Shown piece by piece: positions 25,109-34,131 of a stretch of 64,000 nucleotides of DNA (position 1 is the stretch's first letter; every line of letters begins with the position of its first letter). The stretch is taken from IMG/VR virus record IMGVR_UViG_3300032167_000010. One strand, 5' to 3'. The DNA is from a virus. Its lineage: Duplodnaviria > Heunggongvirae > Uroviricota > Caudoviricetes. The notes beneath the pieces were generated by a model. The model saw nothing but the letters and a program-made list of their open reading frames with translations. It was not told the origin of the DNA and searched no databases. The translations under genes and the position numbers were made by a program.

Positions 25109-25420
25109 ATGGCAGAAGTTACTAGACACGGAATATATTATTCAGAAGCTAATAAATGTATTCTTTTAGATCCTATTATTGAAAACCCAGTAGACATTAG
25201 ATGTCCAGAGTGTGGTTATGCTTTTACTATTGACAAACAATACATAGATAAAGGGGAACGTAATACTAGAGCATATTGTCGTAATTGTGAGTGTGAGTTT
25301 ATTCCTGAAGAATCTGATATAATTGAAAAACAATTGTCAGATGAAGACATGTCATTAATTAGCCACCTAAAAATTATTGCCTATAAAATGGATAAAGTTA
25401 TAGAAGGACTAAATAAATAA
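25109..25420 (+). CDS. Zn-ribbon protein
   Basis: ORF track; CPECG..CRNCEC; SD TTGGAGG. Confidence 0.5.
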   Translation: MAEVTRHGIYYSEANKCILLDPIIENPVDIRCPECGYAFTIDKQYIDKGERNTRAYCRNCECEFIPEESDIIEKQLSDEDMSLISHLKIIAYKMDKVIEGLNK

Positions 25421-25424
25421 AAAC

Positions 25425-25625
25425 ATGACTAGAGAGAAAGCTTTAGAAGTAAGTAATTTACTATTTAAGATAGAAAGATATGAAGCATTAATAGAAGACA
25501 TTAGTAGTTTAAATGGATTAGAAGAACTCGCTGAAGTTTATGGGGAAACCGAACTAGAAGCCGAGCTAACAGGAGTTGTTCAGGGTAGGCTAAATAAACT
25601 GCTTAAAAAACTGAAGGAGCTGTAG
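25425..25625 (+). CDS. hypothetical coiled-coil protein
   Basis: ORF track; no clear SD. Confidence 0.4.
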   Translation: MTREKALEVSNLLFKIERYEALIEDISSLNGLEELAEVYGETELEAELTGVVQGRLNKLLKKLKEL

Positions 25626-25874
25626 ATGAATAAAGACGCGTTAGTTAGAGCAAAAGAGCTCGAACACCAAATAGATACTTATAGTAAGATAGCTTTTGCT
25701 ATGACTTTTCCATATACAAAGTTTAAGCTTTTTAAAAAGCAGGCCTATATTGGTTATGCCGGATATAATGCCCACCCTGAAATTGCAGTGTCAGATCCTG
25801 AACTAGCAAAGCTTATTGCAGACTACTGTAAGGATAAAATAAATAAACTTAATGCAAAACTAGAGGAGATGTAA
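25626..25874 (+). CDS. hypothetical protein
   Basis: ORF track; SD GAAGGAG 6 nt upstream; ATG follows upstream TAG. Confidence 0.5.
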   Translation: MNKDALVRAKELEHQIDTYSKIAFAMTFPYTKFKLFKKQAYIGYAGYNAHPEIAVSDPELAKLIADYCKDKINKLNAKLEEM

Positions 25875-25876
25875 GT

Positions 25877-26314
25877 ATGGAAGAAAAAGAAACTTTAGTA
25901 GAACAGATCGCTAAGGCAATTTGTCCTATTATTCAACCCCTTCAATGTAGGGAACTCTGTACAAATGTAGGTAATTGCCAAGAATTAAAAGAAGTATGTA
26001 GGAAAATAGTTAATGGTTTTTCTAAGCACGATACTGCGGTGGTGCTGACAAGAGAAGAATACGAAGAATATCAAGATTTACTTAAAAACTTTGATAACTA
26101 TCTTTTTGAATATAGAAAATTTGCTGATGGATGTATCAAAGATAAAGGCAAGGAAACGGCAGAGAAGATTTTATTTAAGGTTTATTCTAAACTAACTGAA
26201 CCGTCAACTTGGAAACAAATGCATACTTGGTGGCTATATAACGGAGAGTGTGAACAACTTAAAGCATTATTGAACGAAATTGCAATTAGTGAAGGCGTTG
26301 AAATAAAGGAGTAG
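25877..26314 (+). CDS. hypothetical protein (145 aa)
   Basis: ORF track; SD GGAGGAGATG. Confidence 0.55.
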   Translation: MEEKETLVEQIAKAICPIIQPLQCRELCTNVGNCQELKEVCRKIVNGFSKHDTAVVLTREEYEEYQDLLKNFDNYLFEYRKFADGCIKDKGKETAEKILFKVYSKLTEPSTWKQMHTWWLYNGECEQLKALLNEIAISEGVEIKE

Positions 26315-26317
26315 GCT

Positions 26318-26479
26318 ATGAAAACCTATAAAGCAATAGTTTCTACAATAGAAATTGTAGATGTGACCGCTGAAAGTGAGGAGCAGGCGATCGAAAGAGT
26401 TAAAGCAAGCTTACCTCCACGTACAGTGGCAGAAGTACAAATAGCACAAGAAACTAATATAGAAGAAATAAAGGAGTAA
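26318..26479 (+). CDS. hypothetical 53-aa protein (small-paralog family)
   Basis: ORF below track cutoff; SD AAAGGAGTAGG. Confidence 0.4.
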   Translation: MKTYKAIVSTIEIVDVTAESEEQAIERVKASLPPRTVAEVQIAQETNIEEIKE

Positions 26480-26483
26480 GATT

Positions 26484-26651
26484 ATGAACACTTATATAGT
26501 AACGTGGTTAGATACGCATGATAATATTATGTCTGAACAAGTAGAGGCTTACGATGTTAATGGTGCCTGCTGGTGTATTAGCTGTAGGCCGTCAGATATT
26601 ATATCGGTAATTAGAATTTATAATAAAGTACAAGAGGCGCACTATGAGTAA
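26484..26651 (+). CDS. hypothetical 55-aa protein, MNTYIVTW family
   Basis: SD AAAGGAGTAAG; same N-terminus as 27624 ORF. Confidence 0.45.
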   Translation: MNTYIVTWLDTHDNIMSEQVEAYDVNGACWCISCRPSDIISVIRIYNKVQEAHYE

Positions 26652-27624
26652 TAATCCAATTAAAGGTTTAACTGAATTATATGATGAAGCAGTTAAAAAA
26701 TCAGATGATGCCGGTTTAGCAGAAGTATATAAGCAAGCAACAGATGCAGTATTTAACGCTTTAAAGAAAGAGCTTAAAGAATACCGTAAGCTTGATATTA
26801 CTATAGAAGATGTAGAATACCTAGACGGTTATTTTATCTTTGGTATGGGAACGAACTCAGTAGTTCATTTTCACATTAAAGAAACTCCTGGTTGGAAGTA
26901 TGGCATCTGGTGGTCGCCAGTAGAAACAAAAGATTCTACAGAAGAAAATCCTAAATATGAACTTAATAAATTACATTGTAGTGTCTTCACTCAATACGAA
27001 GAAGAGATAGATAAGTTTAAACCTTCAGCATCTACGTTTGTAAAAGAGTTTACTTTCTATTTAGATAATACTTCAGGCTACGGTATGTGGGAGTTTGTCA
27101 AGACTATTAAGTTTATTCACGAGGAACCTTACCTTGCTTTTTATAGAGAGATGACATATACTGATTTTAATCACGAGCACGTTAGCCGAGCGAAAGCTAA
27201 GTCTTATTTCGAACGCCATTTTAAACAAAAGAGACTTGAAGAAGAAACCACTGCATTTAACGATAAAGAATTACTTAAGACTATCTATACTATCTTAAAA
27301 GAAGATATAGACGAAGGTACTTGTTTCGTACACGACCGTGGTGATAATTGGCATCCTAGATACGAGATCGTTATGAAGAATCCTTTTGATATAGAGGACG
27401 GCTGCTATGGATTATTTGATATACTAGAAGACGCATATGCTACCGAAGCACAAAAGCTTTGGGATGAAACAGTAAAAGATTGTGAAAAGCGAGCAGACAA
27501 AGCTGATAGCTACTGGTATAAGTGTTGTCACGATAGCTTGATATTAGTATCTGCCGATAGATTTAAAGAGTGTTCTGAAAGCGCTAATATAATAGATGTT
27601 AAGAAGTTAATGGAGGTTGACTAA
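26644..27624 (+). CDS. hypothetical protein (326 aa)
   Basis: ORF track; SD CAAGAGGCG. Confidence 0.6.
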   Translation: MSNNPIKGLTELYDEAVKKSDDAGLAEVYKQATDAVFNALKKELKEYRKLDITIEDVEYLDGYFIFGMGTNSVVHFHIKETPGWKYGIWWSPVETKDSTEENPKYELNKLHCSVFTQYEEEIDKFKPSASTFVKEFTFYLDNTSGYGMWEFVKTIKFIHEEPYLAFYREMTYTDFNHEHVSRAKAKSYFERHFKQKRLEEETTAFNDKELLKTIYTILKEDIDEGTCFVHDRGDNWHPRYEIVMKNPFDIEDGCYGLFDILEDAYATEAQKLWDETVKDCEKRADKADSYWYKCCHDSLILVSADRFKECSESANIIDVKKLMEVD

Positions 27625-27779
27625 TGAACACTTATATCGTAACTTGGTTTAATGAAGAATACGAAGAGTACAGAACTGAACAAATAGATGCCACTGATAT
27701 AGTAGAGGCTTGTTATTATGTTGGATGTAAACTAGAAAACGTGGTATCTGCGACTAGAATCTATAAGGGGAGTGATTAA
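27624..27779 (+). CDS. hypothetical 51-aa protein, MNTYIVTW family
   Basis: SD ATGGAGGTTGA; paralog of 26484 ORF. Confidence 0.45.
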   Translation: MNTYIVTWFNEEYEEYRTEQIDATDIVEACYYVGCKLENVVSATRIYKGSD

Positions 27780-27780
27780 T

Positions 27781-27930
27781 ATGTACTTATATGAAATAAA
27801 ATATAAAGATAATACGACTGAATATGTAGAAGCAACAGATGTCCAAAATGCTTGTAGTGTTGCTAATTGCAGAATGGATAATGTTGTGTCGGTAATGATA
27901 GTGCATGAAGTAGAGAAAGAGGAAAATTAG
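27781..27930 (+). CDS. hypothetical 49-aa protein, related small family
   Basis: SD AAGGGGAGTGA; shares ATDV..AC....NVVS pattern. Confidence 0.4.
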   Translation: MYLYEIKYKDNTTEYVEATDVQNACSVANCRMDNVVSVMIVHEVEKEEN

Positions 27931-27931
27931 T

Positions 27932-28111
27932 ATGGCACAAGCAACAGTATGTGATAAATGTGGTACAGTTTTAAAATACGCACCTGATACTAAGATTAAA
28001 ATTTATTATCACCCTTATGGTGATATACATTATGAGCTATGCTCTAAGTGCACGGAAGAACTAAAGAAGTGGCTTAATAGTGAAAAGCCCTGGAATAAGG
28101 AGACTAAATAA
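27932..28111 (+). CDS. Zn-ribbon small protein (59 aa)
   Basis: CDKCG..CSKC; SD GAGGAAAA. Confidence 0.45.
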   Translation: MAQATVCDKCGTVLKYAPDTKIKIYYHPYGDIHYELCSKCTEELKKWLNSEKPWNKETK

Positions 28112-28914
28112 TGAAACCGATTATTAAATGGGTGGGTGGAAAGCATGGCAATTTGGAGCATATTAGAAAGTTGTTGCCCGAAAACTATAACAGATATTAT
28201 GAACCTTTCTTAGGAGGCGGAGCAGTATTACTAGACCTTAATCCGAAAGAAGCTTACGTGAATGATATTAACTCAGAGCTAATAAATATGTATATTCAAG
28301 TAAGAGAGGATGTAGAAGTAGTAATTAGAGAGCTAGTTAAATTTGACGAGCTACATGAATCTTACGCTAACCCGAAAGTATTCTACTATGATGTTAGAAA
28401 AGATTTTAATAATAATCTTAGAAGCAATACTGCCACTCAGGCAGCAAGATTTATATACTTAAATAAACACTGTTTTAATGGTTTATACAGAGAAAACTCT
28501 AAGTGTGAGTTTAACGTGCCTTTTAATGGAAAGCTTACTGGCGGTTCTTTTGATGCCGAACATCTTAGAGAAGTATCTAAGCAGATTCATGACGTAATGT
28601 TTCTTAACGGCGACTTTGAAGACTGCGTATGTCACGCTGATAAAGGCGATCTAGTGTTCCTAGATCCCCCTTACGACAATTCTTTTACTGACTATACAGG
28701 AGCCGGCTTTGAAAGAGATGAGCAAATCAGAGTAGCTAAGAAATTTAAAGAACTATCTGATAGAGGTTGTTATTGTATGTTAACTAATCACGATACGCCG
28801 CTTATCAGAGAACTATATAAAGAATATAACTTTACCGAAGTAGACGTCCGCCGTAGTATCAATAGAAAAGGCGATAATAGAAAAGGTAAAGAAGTTATTA
28901 TTACTACTTATTAG
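28111..28914 (+). CDS. dam: DNA N6-adenine methyltransferase (Dam/D12 class)
   Basis: N-terminal KWVGGK...EPFLGGGAV (SAM motif) and catalytic DPPY; SD AAGGAGA. Confidence 0.8.
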   Translation: MKPIIKWVGGKHGNLEHIRKLLPENYNRYYEPFLGGGAVLLDLNPKEAYVNDINSELINMYIQVREDVEVVIRELVKFDELHESYANPKVFYYDVRKDFNNNLRSNTATQAARFIYLNKHCFNGLYRENSKCEFNVPFNGKLTGGSFDAEHLREVSKQIHDVMFLNGDFEDCVCHADKGDLVFLDPPYDNSFTDYTGAGFERDEQIRVAKKFKELSDRGCYCMLTNHDTPLIRELYKEYNFTEVDVRRSINRKGDNRKGKEVIITTY

Positions 28915-28922
28915 GAGTATCT

Positions 28923-29501
28923 ATGTTAAAAGTTATTTTTTGCGGGATTACTTTACTTATTGTTATTGGCATCATTGTTTTTCTTTTATGCGGTTATACA
29001 CAAAGAAAAACAATGTCAAAAGATTATGTGCTAGATTTAACTAAAAAGACTACTTATGAATCAGCTACTATCGTGGAACAGTGGGCGGCTGCCGAGGAGC
29101 GTCTTGAAAAAGAACGCACTTGGATTAACGAAGTAAAAGAACTTTGTAAACTGAACATAGTTAAGCTTAGCCGAAGACTACCGGTCGGAGTATCTAGAGT
29201 AGAACATTACAATAACATAATAGATGAAGTTTATTATAGAGCCATGAGTACTAATGCGAATTACTTTATAATCGCGTCTAATTGGCTTCCTATCTTTTCT
29301 TTTACTGCAGACTTTGAGATGACTGAAACTATGCCTATTCAAGGCTCTTATGTTGCAGGTACTTATAAAGGACTTCCTATCATTGTTTCACCTTGCTTAG
29401 GTTCCTTTGAAATGATTTGTGGAGCAGATACGCCCACGCCTGAATATAATACTGCAGCTATAGACATGAATAAGTTTATGTTTATTAAGCTCGAAGACTA
29501 A
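28923..29501 (+). CDS. membrane-anchored protein (N-terminal TM, juxtamembrane KDYVLD)
   Basis: ORF track; SD TAGGAGTA. Confidence 0.55.
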   Translation: MLKVIFCGITLLIVIGIIVFLLCGYTQRKTMSKDYVLDLTKKTTYESATIVEQWAAAEERLEKERTWINEVKELCKLNIVKLSRRLPVGVSRVEHYNNIIDEVYYRAMSTNANYFIIASNWLPIFSFTADFEMTETMPIQGSYVAGTYKGLPIIVSPCLGSFEMICGADTPTPEYNTAAIDMNKFMFIKLED

Positions 29502-29544
29502 TTAAAATAAATTACTAATAAATTAATGAAGGAGATATTTAAAT

Positions 29545-29895
29545 ATGGGTTGGTTTGATGCAGCAGCTACTTATCGTAGTGGTAAAACACCAAAGTATAA
29601 AGTAGGAGATAAAGTATATAGACTACTTGTTATTCCGCCGAAGTTTAATAAAAGAAAGCTACAGAAGTTCTGCGTGCCTTGTGAGATTATGGGAGTATCC
29701 GCAAAGAAGAGCGGCTTTATCTTTAGAGAGTTTACTTATACAGTTAAGTCCGCAGCTGGCGAAACTGTAGAAAACGTTTATGAGTCAGAACTTTATACTG
29801 AATATCAGAATGTGCCAGAAACTAAGAATCCTGATATTACTTTTAAAGAAGCAGTAGAAGAAGCTCTAGAACAAATGACAGAGGAAGCACAGTAA
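29545..29895 (+). CDS. hypothetical protein, MGW-N-terminal paralog A
   Basis: ORF track; SD GAAGGAGA; N-terminus MGWFDAAATYRSGKTPKYKVGDKVY. Confidence 0.55.
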   Translation: MGWFDAAATYRSGKTPKYKVGDKVYRLLVIPPKFNKRKLQKFCVPCEIMGVSAKKSGFIFREFTYTVKSAAGETVENVYESELYTEYQNVPETKNPDITFKEAVEEALEQMTEEAQ

Positions 29896-29898
29896 CTT

Positions 29899-30639
29899 AT
29901 GGGTTGGATTCATTCAAAGTTTTCATATAAGAGCGGTAAGTGGCCAGAATATAAAGTAGGGGAAGAAGTTTATCTAGTTAGAGATATTCCTGATCCTTGG
30001 CTTGGAACTGGCTTATCTCCTGTGCCTGCTAAGTATAAAATAAAGGAAGTATCTAAGACTGCTTGTGGCGGGATTATTAATAGAGAGTTTGTATATGTTA
30101 TTGTAAATACCGAAACTAATATGGTAACAATAAATGTGTATGAATCAGAACTTAGATCTGCCGCTCAGCCACTAGGATACTATAAACCAGATCACAGACA
30201 TACAGATTATGAATACCTGATAATTGGCGTTACAAATAAGCTCGATCGTAATGAAGCACCAAGTTTCTACAATGACAATATTCTAGAGCTTACTTGGGAT
30301 AGCCGAACCGATACTTACCGTCTTTGGTTTGATTCTACTATTACAAACAGCGCGATCGTACGCAATGTAACTCTTTTACTTATGAGCTTGTCATTAGAAG
30401 GATATTCAGATGATGAGGTTGTAAGAATTCAGTATAAGTATATAGAACCTACACTTAAAGTCGGCGAGGGGCAGCTAGAAGGAAAAGACGCCTGGATAGC
30501 AAAGTCTATCTATATACTTGTAGCTAGAAGATTTATCTGGGATGATATAGTATGTCATGACGAAAAAGATGAGTATATAAAGACACATCCTTCTGCGGAA
30601 AAGGTATATAGACCTGATAAGAAATATATTAAGGAGTAA
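29899..30639 (+). CDS. hypothetical protein, MGW-N-terminal paralog B
   Basis: same frame as upstream gene, separated by TAA + 1 codon; N-terminus MGWIHSKFSYKSGKWPEYKVGEEVY. Confidence 0.55.
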   Translation: MGWIHSKFSYKSGKWPEYKVGEEVYLVRDIPDPWLGTGLSPVPAKYKIKEVSKTACGGIINREFVYVIVNTETNMVTINVYESELRSAAQPLGYYKPDHRHTDYEYLIIGVTNKLDRNEAPSFYNDNILELTWDSRTDTYRLWFDSTITNSAIVRNVTLLLMSLSLEGYSDDEVVRIQYKYIEPTLKVGEGQLEGKDAWIAKSIYILVARRFIWDDIVCHDEKDEYIKTHPSAEKVYRPDKKYIKE

Positions 30640-30645
30640 CTGTGA

Positions 30646-31335
30646 ATGACTACTGAGCTTTATATTTTACACGTATTTATATTTATGCTGCTAGGTTTTG
30701 CTTTGCTAGGCTGTCATCATTTTTTATCTAAATATCGTGATCGTCTTAGAGAAGAAGTACAAGCTAAAAAAGATAAAGAAAATAAAAAGGAAAATAAGAC
30801 TATGAAGAAGACTATTGTTGTTAATTTAGCTGGTGCACCTGGTGCTGGGAAGAGCACTGGCGCTGCAAAGATATTTAGTGAACTTAAGATGCTAGGTATT
30901 AACTGTGAACTTGTAGGTGAGTTTGCAAAAGATATAACCTGGGAGCATAATACTACAGCACTTAGCTGTCAGGAATATGTATTCGGAAAGCAGTCTTATC
31001 GTTTAGCTAGATGCAGAAATGACGTAGACGTTATTATTACTGATAGTCCCCTCCCGCTTACTATTATCTATACGCAAGACGAAGCTATTAAGAAACCACT
31101 TACTGATTTGGTTATGGCAGTATTTAATACATATGATAATATTAGCTTCTTTATAAATAGAACTAAGCCTTACAATCCTAAAGGCCGCAATCAGACTATG
31201 GAAGAGAGCGATGCTATTAGCTTAAGAATTAAGGGGCTTTACAAGGAATTAAATATCCCATACATAGAAATTAATGGTGATTCTGCAGGATACGAAAAAG
31301 CTGTTGAATTAATATTAGATAAACTAAATAAATAA
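30646..31335 (+). CDS. P-loop NTPase / kinase-like protein with N-terminal TM helix
   Basis: Walker A GAPGAGKST; DVIITDSP Walker-B-like; hydrophobic N-terminus. Confidence 0.6.
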   Translation: MTTELYILHVFIFMLLGFALLGCHHFLSKYRDRLREEVQAKKDKENKKENKTMKKTIVVNLAGAPGAGKSTGAAKIFSELKMLGINCELVGEFAKDITWEHNTTALSCQEYVFGKQSYRLARCRNDVDVIITDSPLPLTIIYTQDEAIKKPLTDLVMAVFNTYDNISFFINRTKPYNPKGRNQTMEESDAISLRIKGLYKELNIPYIEINGDSAGYEKAVELILDKLNK

Positions 31336-31341
31336 GAAAAT

Positions 31342-31380
31342 ATTTACCAATTATTTTTAGAATAGTTGGTAATTTTTATT
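31342..31380 (+). terminator. rho-independent terminator (twin of 32605-32645)
   Basis: atttaccaattatt-tttaga-atagttggtaat + T5. Confidence 0.65.
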
Positions 31381-31439
31381 TAATGCACTGTATTATATAA
31401 TATAAAACTTAAACAAATAAAAATTATAAAGGAGTATTT

Positions 31440-32591
31440 ATGGTAGGTTTTATTTTTGGTATCATTATTTTACTAGCCGGCATTATTACCGGCATATGTT
31501 TAACTACTTGTAAAAGAGAAGTTGAAACAAAAGAGTATGTACTAGACGAGAACGGCTCGCCTATTAGAAACAATTGGGGTGAACCTAAGTACATAACCAA
31601 GACAAGTGTTAAAAAGCCTTATAAAAAGTATAGTGGCTTTGCTTATGCTGCAGGCATCTTTTTAGGTATCTTATTAACGTTCTTTGGCTGCATGGCTTCT
31701 GTATCTACCGGAAACACTGGTGTCGTAACTACTTTTGGTAAAGTTGAAAATTATACTTTAGAAGCAGGTTTTCACCTTAAAGCACCTTGGCATACGGTTA
31801 CTGAAATGGACAATAGAGTGCAGAAGACTACGGTAGAATTAAGCTGCTTTAGCTCTGACATTCAAGAAGTGTCTATGAAGTATACCCTTAATTATCAAAT
31901 CGATAAAGCTAACGCACAAGAGATTTATAGAACGGTAGGTGTTAATTATTATGCTACTATCGTAGAGCCTAATATTGCTGAGGCAGTTAAAGTTGCTACT
32001 GCACAGTACACTGCAGAACAATTGGTACAAACGAGAAGTAACCTTGCGAAAGATATTGAGACGTTGTTAGAAGAAAACTTAGGACGTTTTAATATTAAAG
32101 TATCTTCTACTGCTATCGAGGATATGGACTTTACTGATGCATTTACTAACGCAGTTGAAGCTAAGCAAGTAGCTGAACAAAAGAAAAAACAAGCCGAAAT
32201 CGAACAAGCTCAAGCATTGGCTCAAGCAGAAAATGATAAGAAGATTGCAGAGACTAATGCAAAAGCAAATGCAGAAGTAGCTAAGATTCAAGCTGAGGCT
32301 GATATGGAAGTTGCGAAGATTGCTGCTGACTCTGCTGAATATCAAGGTAAGAAAGAAGCCGCTATTGCTCTTCAACGTTTAGCAAGTATCAATGGTTGGA
32401 CTGTAGTTATGGATGAAGAAACAGGACTTAATAAACTCTATAAACCTGATGGTTCTGAAGTAAATGAAGAAGAATTAAAAGCCGGCGCTGAAAGACTTAT
32501 TGAATATTACTATACTCAACAGTGGGATGGTAAGTTACCTGAAACTGTTCTTGGTTCAGACGATAACCTTCTAATTGGCGTAGGAAATTAA
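31440..32591 (+). CDS. SPFH/Band-7 (prohibitin/stomatin/HflKC-like) membrane protein
   Basis: two N-terminal TM segments, SPFH core, Ala/Glu/Gln/Lys-rich coiled-coil tail; SD AAAGGAGTA. Confidence 0.8.
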   Translation: MVGFIFGIIILLAGIITGICLTTCKREVETKEYVLDENGSPIRNNWGEPKYITKTSVKKPYKKYSGFAYAAGIFLGILLTFFGCMASVSTGNTGVVTTFGKVENYTLEAGFHLKAPWHTVTEMDNRVQKTTVELSCFSSDIQEVSMKYTLNYQIDKANAQEIYRTVGVNYYATIVEPNIAEAVKVATAQYTAEQLVQTRSNLAKDIETLLEENLGRFNIKVSSTAIEDMDFTDAFTNAVEAKQVAEQKKKQAEIEQAQALAQAENDKKIAETNAKANAEVAKIQAEADMEVAKIAADSAEYQGKKEAAIALQRLASINGWTVVMDEETGLNKLYKPDGSEVNEEELKAGAERLIEYYYTQQWDGKLPETVLGSDDNLLIGVGN

Positions 32592-32604
32592 TAATATAAT
32601 TTAA

Positions 32605-32645
32605 ATAAATTACCAGTTATATTAATGTAACTGGTAATTTTTATT
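32605..32645 (+). terminator. rho-independent terminator (twin of 31342-31380)
   Basis: aattaccagttat-attaat-gtaactggtaatt + T5. Confidence 0.7.
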
Positions 32646-32703
32646 ATACTTATATTGTATTATATATTGTAATAACTTAAAAGGAAATGGCTATATGTAG
32701 AAA

Positions 32704-33045
32704 ATGCACCTAATAAAATTAGAAGAATTAAACGACTGGGTAGAACGTTTAGCTAGCCCTGGTGAGGTTGCTATCTACTATGAGAGCAGAGCAGATATAC
32801 TATATGTATATAAGTATGAAGGCTCAGACGAAAATCCACAGTGGTTACGCTTTGTAAAAGAATTACCTGTATTAGAAGAGCTTCCTACGGTAAAAGGTAA
32901 ATGGATACCCGTAAGCCAGAAACCTGGAGTTCACGCAGGTATGAAGTGTTCTATTTGTAAAGCTAAAATTTCTTATAAAGATTATTACGGCGGCCAGCAT
33001 AACTATTGTTATAAATGTGGTGCCAAGATGACTAAGGAGGATTAA
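32704..33045 (+). CDS. Zn-ribbon protein
   Basis: ORF track; CSICK..CYKCG. Confidence 0.5.
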   Translation: MHLIKLEELNDWVERLASPGEVAIYYESRADILYVYKYEGSDENPQWLRFVKELPVLEELPTVKGKWIPVSQKPGVHAGMKCSICKAKISYKDYYGGQHNYCYKCGAKMTKED

Positions 33046-33048
33046 TCA

Positions 33049-33552
33049 ATGGAAAAGAATTGTACTAACTGTAAACATAGGATTCCTGTATACGGAGCGG
33101 ACTACGACTTTTGTAATCATATAAAACACTTAGGTATAAAAGCAAATGAGCATGCTTTGTGTTCAGAGCACGAACTTCAAGAAGAACCTACCTATACTAA
33201 TGAAGAAATACAAGAAGTATTACTTGGTTTAAAGTGTTGTACTGGCTCACAAAGTAAGGGGTGTATAGACTGTCCGTTTGCTAGATATGAGTGTACCTGT
33301 CAACAAGACCTTATGTTTGCAGCTAAAGTAGTTATAGAAAAGTTACAAAAAGAACTGGGTGGTTATATTGTAGATCAAGGTATCTGGATAACCCGAAATG
33401 ACTATTTAGAAAAAGAAAATAAGAAACTTTGGAATAGCTGCCATCAAGGATATGACGTTGGCTATAAATATGGAAAGCAAGATGCGCTCACTGCAGACGG
33501 AGCTAAACCTTCTAATGAAAAACCAGAACGTGAACAAGAACTCGCTCAATGA
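33049..33552 (+). CDS. Cys-rich protein
   Basis: ORF track; CTNCKH, CIDCPF..CTC; SD TAAGGAGGA. Confidence 0.55.
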   Translation: MEKNCTNCKHRIPVYGADYDFCNHIKHLGIKANEHALCSEHELQEEPTYTNEEIQEVLLGLKCCTGSQSKGCIDCPFARYECTCQQDLMFAAKVVIEKLQKELGGYIVDQGIWITRNDYLEKENKKLWNSCHQGYDVGYKYGKQDALTADGAKPSNEKPEREQELAQ

Positions 33553-33573
33553 TATTAAGGATGCAATAGACTA

Positions 33574-33834
33574 ATGGAAGAATACAGGTTAGAAGAATTA
33601 TTTAAAGAAAGAATAAAAGCAGAACTTGCTGCCATTAATGTTGGTAAAGACATTTCTCTTAAAGCAGAAGTTAGAGATGATATTTTAGAGGGCGCGCTTA
33701 GAATGTCCTTAGGTGAGCTTAGTAATGCTATACACAAAGGAGCGCTTGCGGAATATTTTTTAGTGCTAGGTGATTATGACTTAGCAAAATTATATCACAA
33801 GCAATACACGAAAGAGCTCAAGGAATTATTATGA
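33574..33834 (+). CDS. hypothetical protein
   Basis: ORF track; weak SD. Confidence 0.45.
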   Translation: MEEYRLEELFKERIKAELAAINVGKDISLKAEVRDDILEGALRMSLGELSNAIHKGALAEYFLVLGDYDLAKLYHKQYTKELKELL

Positions 33835-33929
33835 TTATAGCAGTTATTATTTTAAGTATTTTACTATTCTCATCACTTACTTTTATTGCTGAAAGCTGTG
33901 CGTGGGAATATAAAGCAGAGGTTTTATGA
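33831..33929 (+). CDS. hypothetical 32-aa hydrophobic peptide
   Basis: ATGA overlap; SD AAGGAAT; fills the gap to next SD. Confidence 0.3.
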   Translation: MIIAVIILSILLFSSLTFIAESCAWEYKAEVL

Positions 33930-33939
33930 GGTATAAAAT

Positions 33940-34131
33940 ATGAATAAATATTTAATTGCATTTACAGAGTATAAACATTATTTCTCCACAGAACTTGAGA
34001 TAAGTACTTTTTGGACTGAAGCGGAAAATATGAAAGAAGCTGTTAAAAACACAAAAGCCGTAAATAGCGTTTATGATATTATAGCTATCACTCAATTAGA
34101 TGATAGTATTACTTGGGAGGACATTGACTAA
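33940..34131 (+). CDS. hypothetical protein
   Basis: ORF track; SD TGAGGTATAA. Confidence 0.45.
   Translation: MNKYLIAFTEYKHYFSTELEISTFWTEAENMKEAVKNTKAVNSVYDIIAITQLDDSITWEDID

Noticed and set aside
25623-25628. TAG stop of 25425..25625 immediately followed by an in-frame ATG of 25626..25874 (possible readthrough fusion).
   Set aside because: The downstream gene has its own well-spaced SD (GAAGGAG, 6 nt), so two separate coupled genes is the simpler reading.
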